Shown: positions 12,559 through 27,129, numbered from the stretch's first letter. The stretch is DNA of 64,000 nucleotides from Octopus vulgaris (GCA_951406725.2 OX597814.1:3224001-3288000), one strand, 5' to 3'. Program-made: numbers and translations. The notes: generated by a model from the sequence alone, not told the origin.

Positions 12559-12820
12559 CTAAATATTTCATTCACTTCAGCACACAAATATTCTTTGCAT
12601 TAGTGTGTACTTAGATAAATTTCCCACACCTCTTAACACACACACACACATACACACGCACAACAACAACAACAACAATCTATATTCTACATAGAATATG
12701 CCAAGAACCTCAAAACATTCTCCACGCACAGTAATTCTACATATATTCACAAAAAAAAAACAACAGAACACTGAGCACAACCATTAACTGACATCTCAAT
12801 ATACACACGCAAATATACTA

Positions 12821-12865
<45 letters not shown>

Positions 12866-13596
12866 TACACACACACAGACTCACAGTTGTTCCGCGCACA
12901 TTAACAAAAACCGTTGCTCAATACGCACATTAACACACACACACACACACAAACAAACAAACACTCACACACGTTAATATACACATTCAAATATCGTACG
13001 CGCTCTCCTGAATATATACATGCAAATATTCCACACACACAAACACACACACACACACACAACCACACACAAACACGCTTATTCCATGCACATTAACAAA
13101 AATCAATACTTCACGTACACATTGGCCACGCAATTATTGCTATACATCTTAATATACACCTGAAAAATATTCTACACACACACACACACACAACCACTTA
13201 TTCTATACATCTTAACAACTGTGAAGCCGGAAGCAGTTACTTGAGAATAATAACTTCTTGGAAACAAGAAACATAAGGAATAAAAAAACAAAACGGTAAG
13301 ATGGAATGAGCAGCAATAAAATGGCAAAGGAAGAAGTGAAGATAACTAAAACAATGATTGAAGAATTTTTCGACACCCCACCATATATTTATATACGTGC
13401 ATTATATATATATATATATATCTTCTTCACATGCAGACTCCCCACCACATATACACTCGCTTTCATTCAGCCACCCCTAAAAAATAATGACACTGAAGAT
13501 TATTACTGCCTCAAAGATAGACACCTGTTAGTTAGACAGCAGTGGGAGTACCTATATATGTATGTTCATATTTGTGTGTTTGCGTGAGTCTGTGTG

Positions 13597-13670
<74 letters not shown>

Positions 13671-13732
13671 TATGTATGTATATGTAAGTATACATATTTT
13701 ATACACATACACACACGCAAATATATATATAT

Positions 13733-13776
<44 letters not shown>

Positions 13777-13992
13777 ATATATGTGTGTGTGTGTGTGTGT
13801 GTATGTGTGTGTAGGGAGACAAAACTTCACACGTTGTTACTCAGAGTTTAGACATGTTTACATTTAATTGCATATATGTCTCCATGTAGTTGTGTGTTTG
13901 TGCATACATGCGCATATTAATGAATATACAGACATTTACACATACACGCACATGCATCATATGCGCGCTTCTGTGCATGTGTGTGTGTATGT

Positions 13993-14028
<36 letters not shown>

Positions 14029-14887
14029 TGGAGAAATGCGAGGTGCAGAAGACAAGGAGCTGATATAACACGTAAGAAACCGTTAAGAAATGTTCAATCA
14101 AGCAAAATTAATGCAAAGTAAAACAGAAGCAACGACAATAAAAAAAAATTCTCCGTCAATAAAAATGGCGACCGTAAGAATATAAAACCAGCGACAATAA
14201 CAACAACCCTATAAATAACAGCAGCAATCGCAAGTAGCAACAACAATGGTTTCTAATTTTGGTACAGCCCCCACAATTTTTTGGAGGAAGCTATACAGTA
14301 AGAGAATCATTAAAAATCCCATTTCGTGACTTGCGTATTGTTTTATCGTCCCTAACAAAATTTGAACTCCTGACGTTCAGAAATACCACGAAGACGAAAA
14401 TATTTAAACAAAGGTAGAAAGGTCATATTTGAGGTGGGATGAGGGGCGTTTAGTGAAACAACCTGTTGGACGTGATTGGTGTTTATATTATCGATCACGA
14501 ACGAATGGAAGGGAAAAATCGATTTTCGGAGAAATTTTCAATTGATTGTTAATAGAAATATTTAGAAATAGATCAGTGATTGTGTGTCACTTTGGAATCC
14601 ATATATTTTCGACAGCAATTCAGTAGCGACATCTATCCAACCAAGCTACTCCACGCTGATATAGGGCAATAATCCAGAAACCGGTCCGTGGCTGCGAGGT
14701 TGTGTTGGGTGGAGCTGCTGATCTCCCCTGTTCGAAAATATAAGGACACAGAATGTTTTGTGTCATATAACCTGCTGGAAACGATGTTTCCTGGGGCTAA
14801 ATAACAGTAACATTCGTCTCATTCTGGGTCTGCCACATTATGTTGGCAAAAGTCATTACTTTTTCAATTGATGACATAAAAAAAGAA

Positions 14888-15028
14888 ACTTAGTCGTTCG
14901 ACGAAGGACATCGACAGAATTAGTACCAGACTTTGAATAAATAAGTACTGGGGGCGATCCGTTCGACTAAAACCTTTTAAGGCGGTACTCCAGTATGGCC
15001 GCAGCCCAAAGACTAAAACAGAAAAGAT
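14888..15028 (+). mobile_element. SINE family A, diverged 3' fragment
   Basis: ...AAGGCGGTACTCCAGTATGGCCGCAG...ACTAAAACAG resembles the family A tail in + orientation. Confidence 0.55.
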
Positions 15029-15616
15029 TAATGTTAAGAGATAATTTCATGTCTTTTTTTTTAAATCAGAGACGAGTGTACAGTACTCACTATTGTTTCT
15101 GGAATCACTGAGAATAAAGATTGGACAGCAAGGAAGAAAGCATGACTAACGATTTATTCAAAGACCAGTCATGTGGTCCGAATATAAGCATCACCGTTAA
15201 AGACACCCGAAAGCCAGGTAGTGGTGTTAAACTGGGTGACTTATTAAGTCTATCATTCTTAATGACATTTTGTCCGTTGCGCCATCTATCATTAATTCCC
15301 AAACAACCAATGTATAAGAGACGGGAGAAAACGGTTAAAGAAAACTGGAATCCAAAAGAGAAAAAGATGGCTGATAAAGCATTATTTGGTCAGGAACCAC
15401 AAGAACACTATGAAGACTCTCAGAGATTTAGATTAAAACAATGAAGAAAATAAAGATTAAAGACCTGTGGACCAAGGATTACCAATTGTAAATTCTCTCT
15501 GGGAATGAAGCTAAATTCCATTATAACCATTCTTAAACCGAGAAAAATATTATTGACATCCATGAGAGCAAAATTAACAACAAAACCAAAATAAATAATA
15601 ATAATAGTAATAATTG

Positions 15617-15808
15617 CTTTAGGACAGGCACCAGGGCCAGCAATTTTGAGGGGAGGGGCAACTCATTTGAATCGATCTCCAATACTTGATTGATACATTT
15701 TTTTATCGACACCGAAACGAGGAACGGTACAGTTGACCTCTGCACGATTTGAACTCAGAACCGGACCGGAAGAAATGCCGCTAAGCATTTTGTCGAATGC
15801 GCTAACGA
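15617..15808 (-). mobile_element. tRNA-derived SINE, family B (diverged)
   Basis: Contains ATTTGAACTCAGAAC and GAAATGCCGCTAAGCATTT shared with other family B copies. Confidence 0.65.
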
Positions 15809-16833
15809 ATGTACCAATTCAACGACGACGATGATGATGATGATGATGATGATGATGAGGAGGAGGAGGAGGAGGAGGATGACGACGACGACGACGACAA
15901 CGACGATGATGATGATGATGATGAAGATGATGAAGATGAAGAGGAGGAGGAGAAAGTTAAAGGTGACGATGACGATGATGGCGACGTTGGGAGAACGACT
16001 GATGCTGAAGATGACGACAGTTAAGAGGTGGAAGGATTTGAAGATGCAAGAAGAAGAAGAAGAAGAAGAAGAAGACGATGACGATGACGATGATGATGAT
16101 GATGTGGAGAAATGCAGAAACTATAAATTAAATAAGTAAAATATAAATAAAATCATCCAAGCCATCCAAGATGGCGGAAAAGACATTTTTATGGAAATTG
16201 GCTGAAAGAGATATATTATTAGAATATTATGTTTTGTTTCTTTAGAAAGTCGTGTTCAGCTATCGATGGGTGGACGGTAATGGGTGCAGCCGGGTATCAG
16301 CGGGGTGGGGGGCGGTAGCAAGGTACGGCGGGTGGGGGTGGGGGGTGAGAATTAATGTGAAGCCGGAATCTCTCAGCTTTCTTTGAATATGGTTTGATAG
16401 GACATTGACATGGAATTTGGTAGGGAAAATAATAACAGTAATAAAGATGATAATGATGATGATGATGGTGGTGGTGGTAATGATGATGATGATGATGGTG
16501 ATGGCGATGATGATGATGATGATGATGATGATGATCTGCAAGAAAATCATTTCGAGTGTTTTAACGAAACATTTTGCGGATTTCGAAAGAATAGCTCCAG
16601 TATAGTATTATGAGAGGATGGACGGGTGGATGGATGGACGGATGGACGGATGAACAGGCGGGTGGGCGTTTAGTCATTATAGGCTTCAAGTGATGAGGCG
16701 GGGTGGGTCTTTGCTTCCATTTATACTGAAAATGTTGACATACGGAAGTATTTATGCTGTTTGAAAGCAGCATTATTATTTATGGGAAGATATTAGGGTA
16801 CTGCTCCTGTGTATATATATGTGTATGTACATT

Positions 16834-16902
<69 letters not shown>

Positions 16903-17012
16903 GTGTGTGTGTGTATGTGTGTGTGTGTGTATACATGTGTCTGAGTATACAGATGTATACATATACATACGCATATATACGTGTGGATGAAAACATATGT
17001 TTACATGTATAT

Positions 17013-17374
17013 TATTCTTTTATTCATTTACTTGTTTCAGTCATCTGACTGCGGCCATGCTGGAGCACCGCCTTTAGTCGAGCAAATCGACACCCCAGGA
17101 CTTAATCTTTTGCAAGCCTAGTACTTATTCTATCGGTGTCTTTTGCCGAACGGCTAAGTTACGTGGACGTAAACACACCAGCATCGGTTGTCAGGCAATG
17201 TTGAGCGGACAAACACAGAGATACAAACATATGCACAAATATACATATATACGACGGGCTTCTTTCAGTTTCCGTCAACCAAATCCACTCACAAGGCTTT
17301 GGTCGACTCGAGGCTAGCCCGTAACCATGTGGTTGGTATGCAAGCTACTTACCACACAGCCACTCCTGCGCCTA
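17013..17374 (-). mobile_element. SINE family A (internal deletion)
   Basis: Colinear with 5223-5651 but lacks part of the CORE-like/B-box region. Confidence 0.8.
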
Positions 17375-18912
17375 TTATATATATATATATACACACTCAC
17401 ACAAACTCAGACATATATATATACATATAACTAGCAGAAACCGTTACTCAGGGTCACATATAACCGATCATCAGACACATAACAAGTTTTTGATAATTGG
17501 TTACAGGAAATTCGAGGTAACAATTTAATGTTGGTATAGGATATCGGTGGATGATATTATTTAAGTGGCTGATATATGCTGTTGGTATTGGATGTTGGTG
17601 AGTGATACCTCTTTAGATCCCCAGTATATGATGCTAAGAGGCCGGTATATGATGTTAGGGACATTGGATGTTTTATATCTGAATGAGTCATGAAACACCA
17701 TGTTGTAAGGTCATATGTTAATTAAGAATTAAAGAACAAATTAATTAATTGACGCCACTATAATTAAATACATAACATGAAAATATTTTAACCAATTATT
17801 GAGATTAACATAAATAACAAATAATTGAATATAACTATAACTACTCAATATTTAACTAATTAGTTACATTATTAGATTAACTCATTAAATATACAATAAA
17901 CTAATTAAAAAGGTTATCACATTTTTAATTAACCAAAAATAATTAAGCAGCTTGTTAGTTATATAACCAACAATAACACAAGTTAATTAATTTAGCAAAA
18001 CTAGATAATTAAAAACAAGACAGTAATATACCTGACAAACTAATTAAGTCGAGCAAACAACTAGGATTTTAACTAATTATAGTTATTTGCTGTTGTATTA
18101 ATAATTAACCGACGAACCAAGTAATAATAATAAAGTGTGGTTAAAACTAGTTCGATAATTACACGTTTGTAACACGTAATTAGCTAACTAGTATTAAAAA
18201 ACGAACTCAAACCTCTAGCTTAAAGGCAAATGAAATAACCTGAGAACACTAATAGAGTTCAACTGATGGGTAAGATATTTGACACATGATCATGATGTCG
18301 TGGGTTCAATTCTTGATCGAATGAAAGTTTTGTGTCCATAAGCAAAGCACTTCAGTTTACAGAGGTAAAAAGGAGCCCCTGATGAGTACTAGTGGAACCA
18401 CCTCTCCCTCCAGTTGTCATCAACTGGATATTCTACACACACACACACACACATTCACACACAAACACGCACACAGTTTGAGGAGGCCAAGAGGGTATCC
18501 ATGTTCTTTGCGAAAACATGTCACATATTACCAAATCATACACGTAATTGATGGCTGGCACGCCTGTACTGTACTATGCTATAGAATTCCTCACATCATT
18601 TTTTTTCTTAGACTCTCCAGATAATAATGGTCTTAATAGTCATTTCAAACTTAGGCACAAGACCAGCAATTTGGAACGAGGAGTCAGGCGAGTAAACCGA
18701 CCTCGTTATTTGACTCTCTTGTAGCGACTCAATTCGTTAAGAATTTAACGAAATGTTTCACCTAGGTCGGAATTAAACCCATTAAGTAAACATTCAGGAT
18801 AAATATAACGAGAAATTTCTTCCGATATTCAAACAATTATGCCAATGTCACCACCTTAGTACGAGTAAATTTTGTCAACTAATAAAGTTATATACAGGGT
18901 GGGGCAAAAAGG

Positions 18913-19145
18913 TTTCTTATTTCTTATTTCTTTATTACCCACAAGGGGCTAAACATAGAGGGGACAAACAAGGACAGACAAAGGGATTAAGTCGATTACA
19001 TTGACCCCAGTGCGTAACTGGTACTTATTTAATAGACCCCGAAAGGATGAAGGGCAAAGTCAACCTCGGCGGAATTTGAACTCAGAATGTAACGGCAGAC
19101 AAAATACCACTAAGCATTTCGCCCGGCGTGCTAACGATTCTGCCA
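18913..19145 (-). mobile_element. SINE family B (tail type 1)
   Basis: Reverse complement of TGGCAGAATCGTTAGCACGCCGGGCGAAATGCTTAG...GAGTTCAAATTCCGCCGAGG...TAGCCCCTTGTGGGTAATAAAGAAATA. Confidence 0.85.
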
Positions 19146-19174
19146 AGTTTAAGGTTTCTGCCGCACCCTGTAGT

Positions 19175-19383
19175 AAGGCAGCGAGCTGGCAGAATCTTTT
19201 GTACACCGAACAAAATTCTTAACAGCATTTCGTCCGTCTTTACGTTCTGTGTTCAGATGCCGTCGAGGTCAACTTTGCTTTTAATCCTTTCGGGGTCGAT
19301 AAAATAAGCACCAGCTGGGAACTGGGTACGAGTAATCGATTTCCCCCTCCTCCGAAACTTCTGGCCTTGTGCCAAGATTTGTA
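19175..19383 (+). mobile_element. SINE family B (tail type 2), head-to-head with the preceding copy
   Basis: AAGGCAGCGAGCTGGCAGAAT...GAGGTCAACTTTGCTTTT...GGCCTTGTGCCAAGATTTG. Confidence 0.8.
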
Positions 19384-20573
19384 ACTAATATAGGAATATA
19401 GTAACCTCTACAACGATAATAGATTGTATTAACGATGGTTGGTTGGTTGCTTGCTTGCTTTCTCTAGCCACGTTTAGCAACATAGAGACAGAATGAGGAG
19501 ATAGTAAAAGAGAGATGCAGAGAGAATTAATACAAGCGATGTAGGATGGATCCACATAATAGACTTGGTGGCAGGCAATGAGCAAAGGAAGGTTACATGC
19601 ACACACACACACACACAGACACACACACACACAGTGAGAGAGCCATAGAGACAGAGGAGATGGCGTTAATGACAGAGTAACAGCAGGATGAATTATGCAT
19701 ATGAAAAATTTGTTATATTTAATTATATTTCGAGGAAATAAATATTTTCTTTTCAAAATTAGAATTCATTTCATCTTTTTAAATAAGCACCAAAACATTT
19801 GCTAAAATTTAAATTATAAATATTATATTATGATATGTCATATGTCCTGATATCTGCCATTCTGGCAAAAATATTCTTCCAAAGTTACTCTTTATAAGAC
19901 GGGTAATGGTCTAGTATAGTAATACTATTAAAAATAATAAACTTACTAATGGACTATTAAAGAAACTTTAGAAATAATATAGGAATCTAATAATCAAAAG
20001 AGCGTTGTAGATAATTGTCTAATGGAAATGACTATGTAATTAACAACTGAACACAGGCGGTAAATTGGGAAAGAAAGGCGGTGATGGCGAGAATAGCTTG
20101 CAGCCATCATGGAGAACTACGTCACCTTAAACCTAACCAAATGTAACTGGTGTTAATTAATTAATTTATATATTAATTATTAATTACAAACAAACAAAAA
20201 ATAACACAGCACAAAAAATTCTAATAAATTTAATCAACTTCTATGCATCACGTGACAAAGAGCTGGCAACGAAAACAACCAACCAGAACAACAGCAATTC
20301 TTAACAACAACAAATATAACAAACAAAAACAACAATTTTGTGTTACATGGCCACAACCTGCTAGAAATATCAGCTACATCTACCTTGAAACATTCTGTAC
20401 GTCTCTGTACATGCACACGCACACATACATATGTACATATACAGGTTTTTAATGAGAATGAAAAATTTCTCTATACTGTAATATGTACATACTTGTGTGT
20501 GTGTGTGTATGTGTGTGAGTATGTGTGTATGTCTGTGTAGGGATTTACAGATAACAATGAGGCATGCATACAT

Positions 20574-20629
<56 letters not shown>

Positions 20630-20632
20630 CAT

Positions 20633-20772
20633 AGGGCGGCGAAATGGCAGAATCGTTTAGACATGGGATAGATTGCTTGCGATATTTGTCAGAAATCTAT
20701 ATACTCTGAGTTCGAATTCCGCCAAGGTGAACGTTCACAAACCCTCGTCCTTGACCCAGCCAGAGTTGATAA
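20633..20772 (+). mobile_element. SINE family B, diverged 5' part
   Basis: AGGGCGGCGAAATGGCAGAATCG...CTGAGTTCGAATTCCGCCAAGG. Confidence 0.6.
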
Positions 20773-21249
20773 AGTCCTAGCTTATAGTAGTGTTTCCTTT
20801 TATCCTAAGCCATCTAGAGGCTTTTCCTGCCGGATCGGCGATGGAATATATGACCCTCCACTTTGCTGCTCTGGTAACTTTAAACTCCAGCCTCGCATTA
20901 TGAACATGCCACATATTCTCACGAAATCTGTTATGAAATTAATTGTTTTTGATGCGAAACTACTTTAATATAAAGCTGTGAACGTAATGTAGTAGTGTTG
21001 TATGCAAGAAAAATATAAGGTTGTTCATATTCTCTCTTTTTGTGCCATGCGTACAAGTGTCAACGATCAGTGACCACACTTAAAGATTATTTAGCTCCAC
21101 ATCAGTCAAGAATCAGCAGACGTTGAATTAAAAGACTTTGGAATGAAAGAAAATGTGTGAACGGGCGGAAATATTGATAGACAAACAAAAGTAAGTCCCC
21201 TGGACATAACTGTTTCCAGTCTTAGGACTCAGCGACGGTTCTTCGGCTT

Positions 21250-21459
21250 GCATGGCGTATAAGTGATCGAGATCACAACATTCTCCTTGAACGAGGCATC
21301 AATTCGCCGCAGGGTTATTCTTATACAGTTGAGTGGACTGTGGCACTGAAATGAAGTGTTTCGCCCAAGAACACGACACACCACTCGGTTCGGGAATCGA
21401 AATCACAACTTTGCAATCGTGAATGCAACATCCCTAAACACCCGGCCACGCACCTTCAC
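21250..21459 (-). mobile_element. SINE family C-related copy
   Basis: Reverse complement begins GTGAAGGTGCGTGGC...TTTCGATTCCCG...GTGTTCTTGGGCGAAACACTTCATTTC...CCACTCAACTG. Confidence 0.65.
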
Positions 21460-21943
21460 AGAGAATAAAAAGCTCTGTTACGAACCCTGGGTAGCTATTT
21501 TGTAAAGTAGCATCATGTAAAATAAAAAATAAATAAGTCTAACAGTTCTGCGATTGTATAACTTTCAAGAGGGATTAGTGATTTAAGTGTTGAGACGAAA
21601 GATGAAAGAAAATAATTTTATGTCTATATAATTTCCAATTAGTCCCAATAAGTTTATAATAATATTGGAAGGGAGGTTGTAATTAGAAGTAACGTAATTG
21701 TATGACGGTGTGTCCGACTAATGTGTGCGAAGGATGGGAAATTAGATCGTATATCAGAAGATTTAAAAGTAATTAGCGGTGGAGTTTAGTTCAGGGACGG
21801 TGTTTGTTTGGTTGTTTTTGTTTGTTTTCAGTAAGAAAAGTAACGGATATATGTTACACTCTGACAGGGATATTAACATCGGCTGGATACGGGTATTTCG
21901 ATATTATAGAGGAACTTAGTAAAAACGAATAACACCAACGACA

Positions 21944-21989
<46 letters not shown>

Positions 21990-22015
21990 TAAAAATAATA
22001 ATAATAATAATAATG

Positions 22016-22046
<31 letters not shown>

Positions 22047-22064
22047 TGATGATGATGGTGATGA

Positions 22065-22711
22065 TTTCAATTTTTGGGGCACAAGGCTAGCAATTTCGGG
22101 GAAGTCTATAACATCGACCCCAGTAAGCAACTGGTACTTATTTTATCGACACTGAAAGGATGAAAAACAATGCCGACCTCGGCGGAATTTGAACTCAGAA
22201 CGTAAAGACCGTCGAAATGCCGCTAAGCATTTTGCCCGGCGCGGTAACGTTTCGACCAGCTCGCCGCCTTGACAACAACAACAACGACGACGATGATGAT
22301 GATGATGATGATGATTTCAAATTTTAGCACAAGGCCTGCAATATCGGGGAGGAGTAGATACTTGTTTTATTGACCTGAGAGGAAGAAACCCCAAAGATGA
22401 CCTGGCAGGGATTTTGAGCTCAGTGGATAGAGGTGGGATAAATGGCGATGTTTTAATGATTCTGTCGTCCAATCGCCCTTCAGTGAACAACAACGTTTTC
22501 TGATTTCGGCAGGAGGTCTGAGTTTTTAGCGGATGGAGACGGTCGATACGAAAGACCCAAGTAGCTGGCTGGTACCTTATTGCATTGGTCCCGATAGAAG
22601 GAAAGAAAACGTTAGACTCGGCAGTATTTGAAACCAGAAATTAAGGGCTGGAACGAATGGGTCCGGGCATTTTATCCGACGCTCAACCGATTCAGTCATT
22701 CCACCGCCCTT
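22065..22711 (-). mobile_element. Three tandem SINE family B copies of differing divergence
   Basis: Units at about 22065-22270, 22315-22481 and 22497-22711, each ending (on +) in CGCCGCCTT, CGCCCTT or CCGCCCTT, the reverse complement of the head. Confidence 0.7.
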
Positions 22712-23287
22712 CTGCTAACAAGTACGTCCCCAACACCAGACCAGTTAAATATAAAAGGGTGGAGACTGAAGTTGTCATATTATAATTAACATTAGATTAA
22801 TTAATTTAGAAATAATTGGAAGACATGTAAAACAATCAGTAAATCAAGTAGAACAATCTTGTGTGTTGTAGAATAAAGGACAAATTGCGCTGCCTAGGGT
22901 TGAATTTTAACAATGAAAGGTCGGTATAACTCAGCTTGCCCGACGGAAAGTCGGCCCTGCGCCATTATAATCCATATATAGGGGCCCGTGTTAGTATCTA
23001 AGGAGCCCATCCCCTTAAGTTTGAGAAGTTTTTTATTCATTCCTCGAAGAATTTATTAATTATTTCAGCCTGGCTGTGTTTGTAGACACTTGAAAACAAT
23101 ACTTTTAACGAAAACAAAAAGGAGTTAAATGATAGCGTTGTAGTTGCGGGTGGGCCCCCTTGAATTGCTGGTGGGCCTCCTTAGTCTCCTGGCAACCAAT
23201 ATTTTAAACACAGTCCGCTACTGCAACACATACATGTACATATATGTATATATACATGCATACATACACGTCAAGACACTTGTGCAA

Positions 23288-23506
23288 AAGGCGGCGAGCT
23301 GGCAGAATGGTTAGCACGCTGGGCGAAATGCTTAGCGGTATTTCGTCTGTCTTTATGTTCTGAGTTCAAATTCCACCGAGGTCTACTTTGCCTTTTATCC
23401 TTTCGGAGTCAATAAATTAAGTACCAGTTGCGTACTGGGGTTGATCTAATCGACTGCCCCCACCTCCCAAAAAATTTCGGACCTTGTGCCTAGAGTAGAA
23501 AAGAAT
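23288..23506 (+). mobile_element. SINE family B (tail type 2, full length)
   Basis: AAGGCGGCGAGCTGGCAGAATGGTTAGCAC...GAGTTCAAATTCC...CCTTGTGCCTAGAGTAGAAAAGAAT. Confidence 0.85.
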
Positions 23507-23610
23507 ATACTTGTGCAAATATACACACACACACACACATATATATATATATGTGTGTATACACATACTCCCACAAGTATATGTATATATATATGTACGT
23601 ATATATATAT

Positions 23611-23670
23611 ACTTTGATAGGTTTCGGCCGTTATTGGCCCAGGCCATGTCTAACTTAATAGCACCACCAC
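23611..23670 (-). mobile_element. Isolated 3' tail of the same CR1/L2-group LINE
   Basis: GGTGGTGCTATTAAGTTAGACATGGCCTGGGCCAATAACGGCCGAAAC matches the tail at 54881-54940; within (TA)n. Confidence 0.6.
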
Positions 23671-23713
23671 ATATATATATATCTGTACGTATGTATATAT
23701 GTATGCATTTATA

Positions 23714-24390
<677 letters not shown>

Positions 24391-24445
24391 GTATATATAT
24401 ATATGTATATGTATATTTGTATGTATGTATGTGTGTATGTGTAGG

Positions 24446-24488
<43 letters not shown>

Positions 24489-24614
24489 ATATATATGTGT
24501 ATGTATGCATGTGTGTGTAGATACGTATACATGTGTGTATAGGTATAAGTGAGAATCTCCTTATTTACCTATAACTCTATCCCCCCTTTTTTTATATATA
24601 TATTTTTTTATATA

Positions 24615-24669
<55 letters not shown>

Positions 24670-25604
24670 TACACAGAAACGCATACATACACAGCAAACT
24701 GTAAACACATGCGTCACGCAAGTGTAATCAGTTGAATGTTTTGTTTTTCAGCAACGTGCGCCGCACAAACACACACACACACAAAACAAACACACACACA
24801 CACACTACACAGAAGAGTGAGCTCCAGCTGGTCTGTGGAATGATTTACTTTCCTTGAGAAGAGAGAGGAATTCAAGAGCCGAGCTGAATGGAATGGCAAA
24901 TGGCGTTGTTACTGTTGCTGCCGATGGTGGTGGTGGTGGTGTTGGTGGTGGTGGCGGTGGCGTTGGTGGTTGCACTGTGGTAGTGTTGGCGGTGGTGCGC
25001 CAAACGAAATAAGGGTGGAGTTACACCTGTTTCTACCTGTTAACAGATGAACAATTAACTCTCATATGTGATGGGAGGTGATGCTGGTGACGGATGGTGG
25101 TGGTGGTGGTAGGTGGTGGTAGCCTGAGGCAAGGAGAGAGACAGGAAGAAGTTTGTGAGGTACAAGGGTGGGGCTACGGGTACAAACGTCAGTAAGTTGA
25201 TAGCGTATTGCAAGTGACAAAGAGAGAGTGACAGCGAGAGATACCCTACTTCCCCTCCCCCTCTTTAAACGGGAATGTGTCGGGTAGCAGGTGAAAAGGC
25301 ACGCTATATAAGTGCTGGGTAGACAGCACTGTGAGACGAGGGTGAAGCATGAAGGGTAGATACAGGCAATAAGGGTGTCGGGTGTTTTGTCTGTATGAAA
25401 GGCAGGGATGTAAAAGTAAAACCCGGTATTAAAAGATTGGATTCCAGAAGTTAAGTTCTACACACATATACACACACACACGCAGAAATATATATGCGCA
25501 TGTGTGTGAGTGTATGTGCGTGTAAATTGCGTGGGTATAGAGTATACGTGAGTAAAAGACATATCTATATATGTGTGGTGTGTGTGTATATATATATATA
25601 TATT

Positions 25605-25820
25605 TACTTCTTCTTTTATTGTTTTACTTGTTTCAGTCATTTGACTGCGGCCATGCTGGAGCACAACCTTTAGCCGAACAAATCGAACCCAGGACTTATT
25701 CTTTGTAAGTCTAATACTCATTCTATCGGTCTCTTTGCCGAACCGCTAAGTTACGGGAACGTAAACACACCAACATCGGTTGTCAAAGCGATGGTGGGGG
25801 ACAAACACAGACACACAAAC
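25605..25820 (-). mobile_element. SINE family A, 3' half
   Basis: Matches TTACTTGTTTCAGTCATTTGACTGCGGCCATGCTGGAGCAC...GGGACAAACACAGAC. Confidence 0.8.
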
Positions 25821-25903
25821 AGACATGCACTACACACACACACACATATATATATATGCATACATACATGCATACATACATACATGCATGCATGCATACA
25901 TAC

Positions 25904-26000
<97 letters not shown>

Positions 26001-26928
26001 GATTTTCAGTCGTTGAAGGCGATGTATGAATGTTCAAATTTTGCCGAGCGAATTCCTCAAATTAGATCAAATATCTTTTTGCTGCACATTAGCTCTCACT
26101 CAACGATTCCTTTACAGTTGCAGGCCGTACCACACCCCAGGGTTCAACGTGGTCGCAGGATAACGAGAAATGAAATGTTTTACTCAAATTCACAATGCAC
26201 CAACCAGCCCAGAAACTGAAACCACGCTCTCGAGGTCGGGACAGCAACACCTTAACCACTAGGTCACGGAGAGCCATCCAGTTTTAATTAAGACGCTTTT
26301 TTGTAATCTTCGTCTTGGTGGGTCGTGGCTATTATTACAGTGTTGTTGTTCTTGTTTGCGTTGCTGGTATTGATGGTGGTTAATAGACACGTGTGCTCGT
26401 GTGTTTTCTGAGACCAACACATCTTCAGAAACAATACATTAACATCAGCCGCACCAACAATCACAAAAATGGTCCTGTTAATTATAGCCATTAGAATAAT
26501 AACAATATGGCGTCGGTGGCGACGACGACGATGATGATGGTGACAATGATGGTGATGACGTCCATCATCATCATCATCATCATCATCCTCATCATGAAAA
26601 TTGCGATCAGATCATAATTGTGATTAAGACGATGGTAATGATGTTGATGGTGATGATGATAATCATGATAACAACGAAGATGGTGATGAAGATAAGATGA
26701 TGAGGATGATATCGATGATTATCGTGATAGCGGTGGTGGAGGTGGGAGGTGGTGTGGGCGTTTGATGGGACGGTGGCCGTGGTGGTGGTCGCGGTGTGGA
26801 TGATTAAATCCGACACATTCATCTGGAAACTTAAGTCTGATAAACTATTTTATCTGTCTTAGATATCGATCCTATTAAATGATCATCTCTCCCTCCCCCT
26901 CATCCATCAACCCCCCTCTCTCGCTCTC

Positions 26929-26970
<42 letters not shown>

Positions 26971-27129
26971 TAGTAGAATATATTGTTAATATTATCTATA
27001 TCGTCTTTGTTATATATATCTTCTTCCTTCTCCTCCTCCATCTCCTCTTCAGCATCATCATCATCGTTATCTCCACCACCAGCACCGCCACCATTATCAT
27101 CATCATCGTCATCATCATCATCATCATCG

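Noticed and set aside
15121-15444. 107-aa non-repetitive ORF
   Set aside because: Non-ATG start, no recognisable domain, no clear splice context.
26480-26492. 13-mer AATTATAGCCATT shared with about 33650
   Set aside because: A few 13-mer matches are expected by chance in this amount of AT-rich unique sequence.
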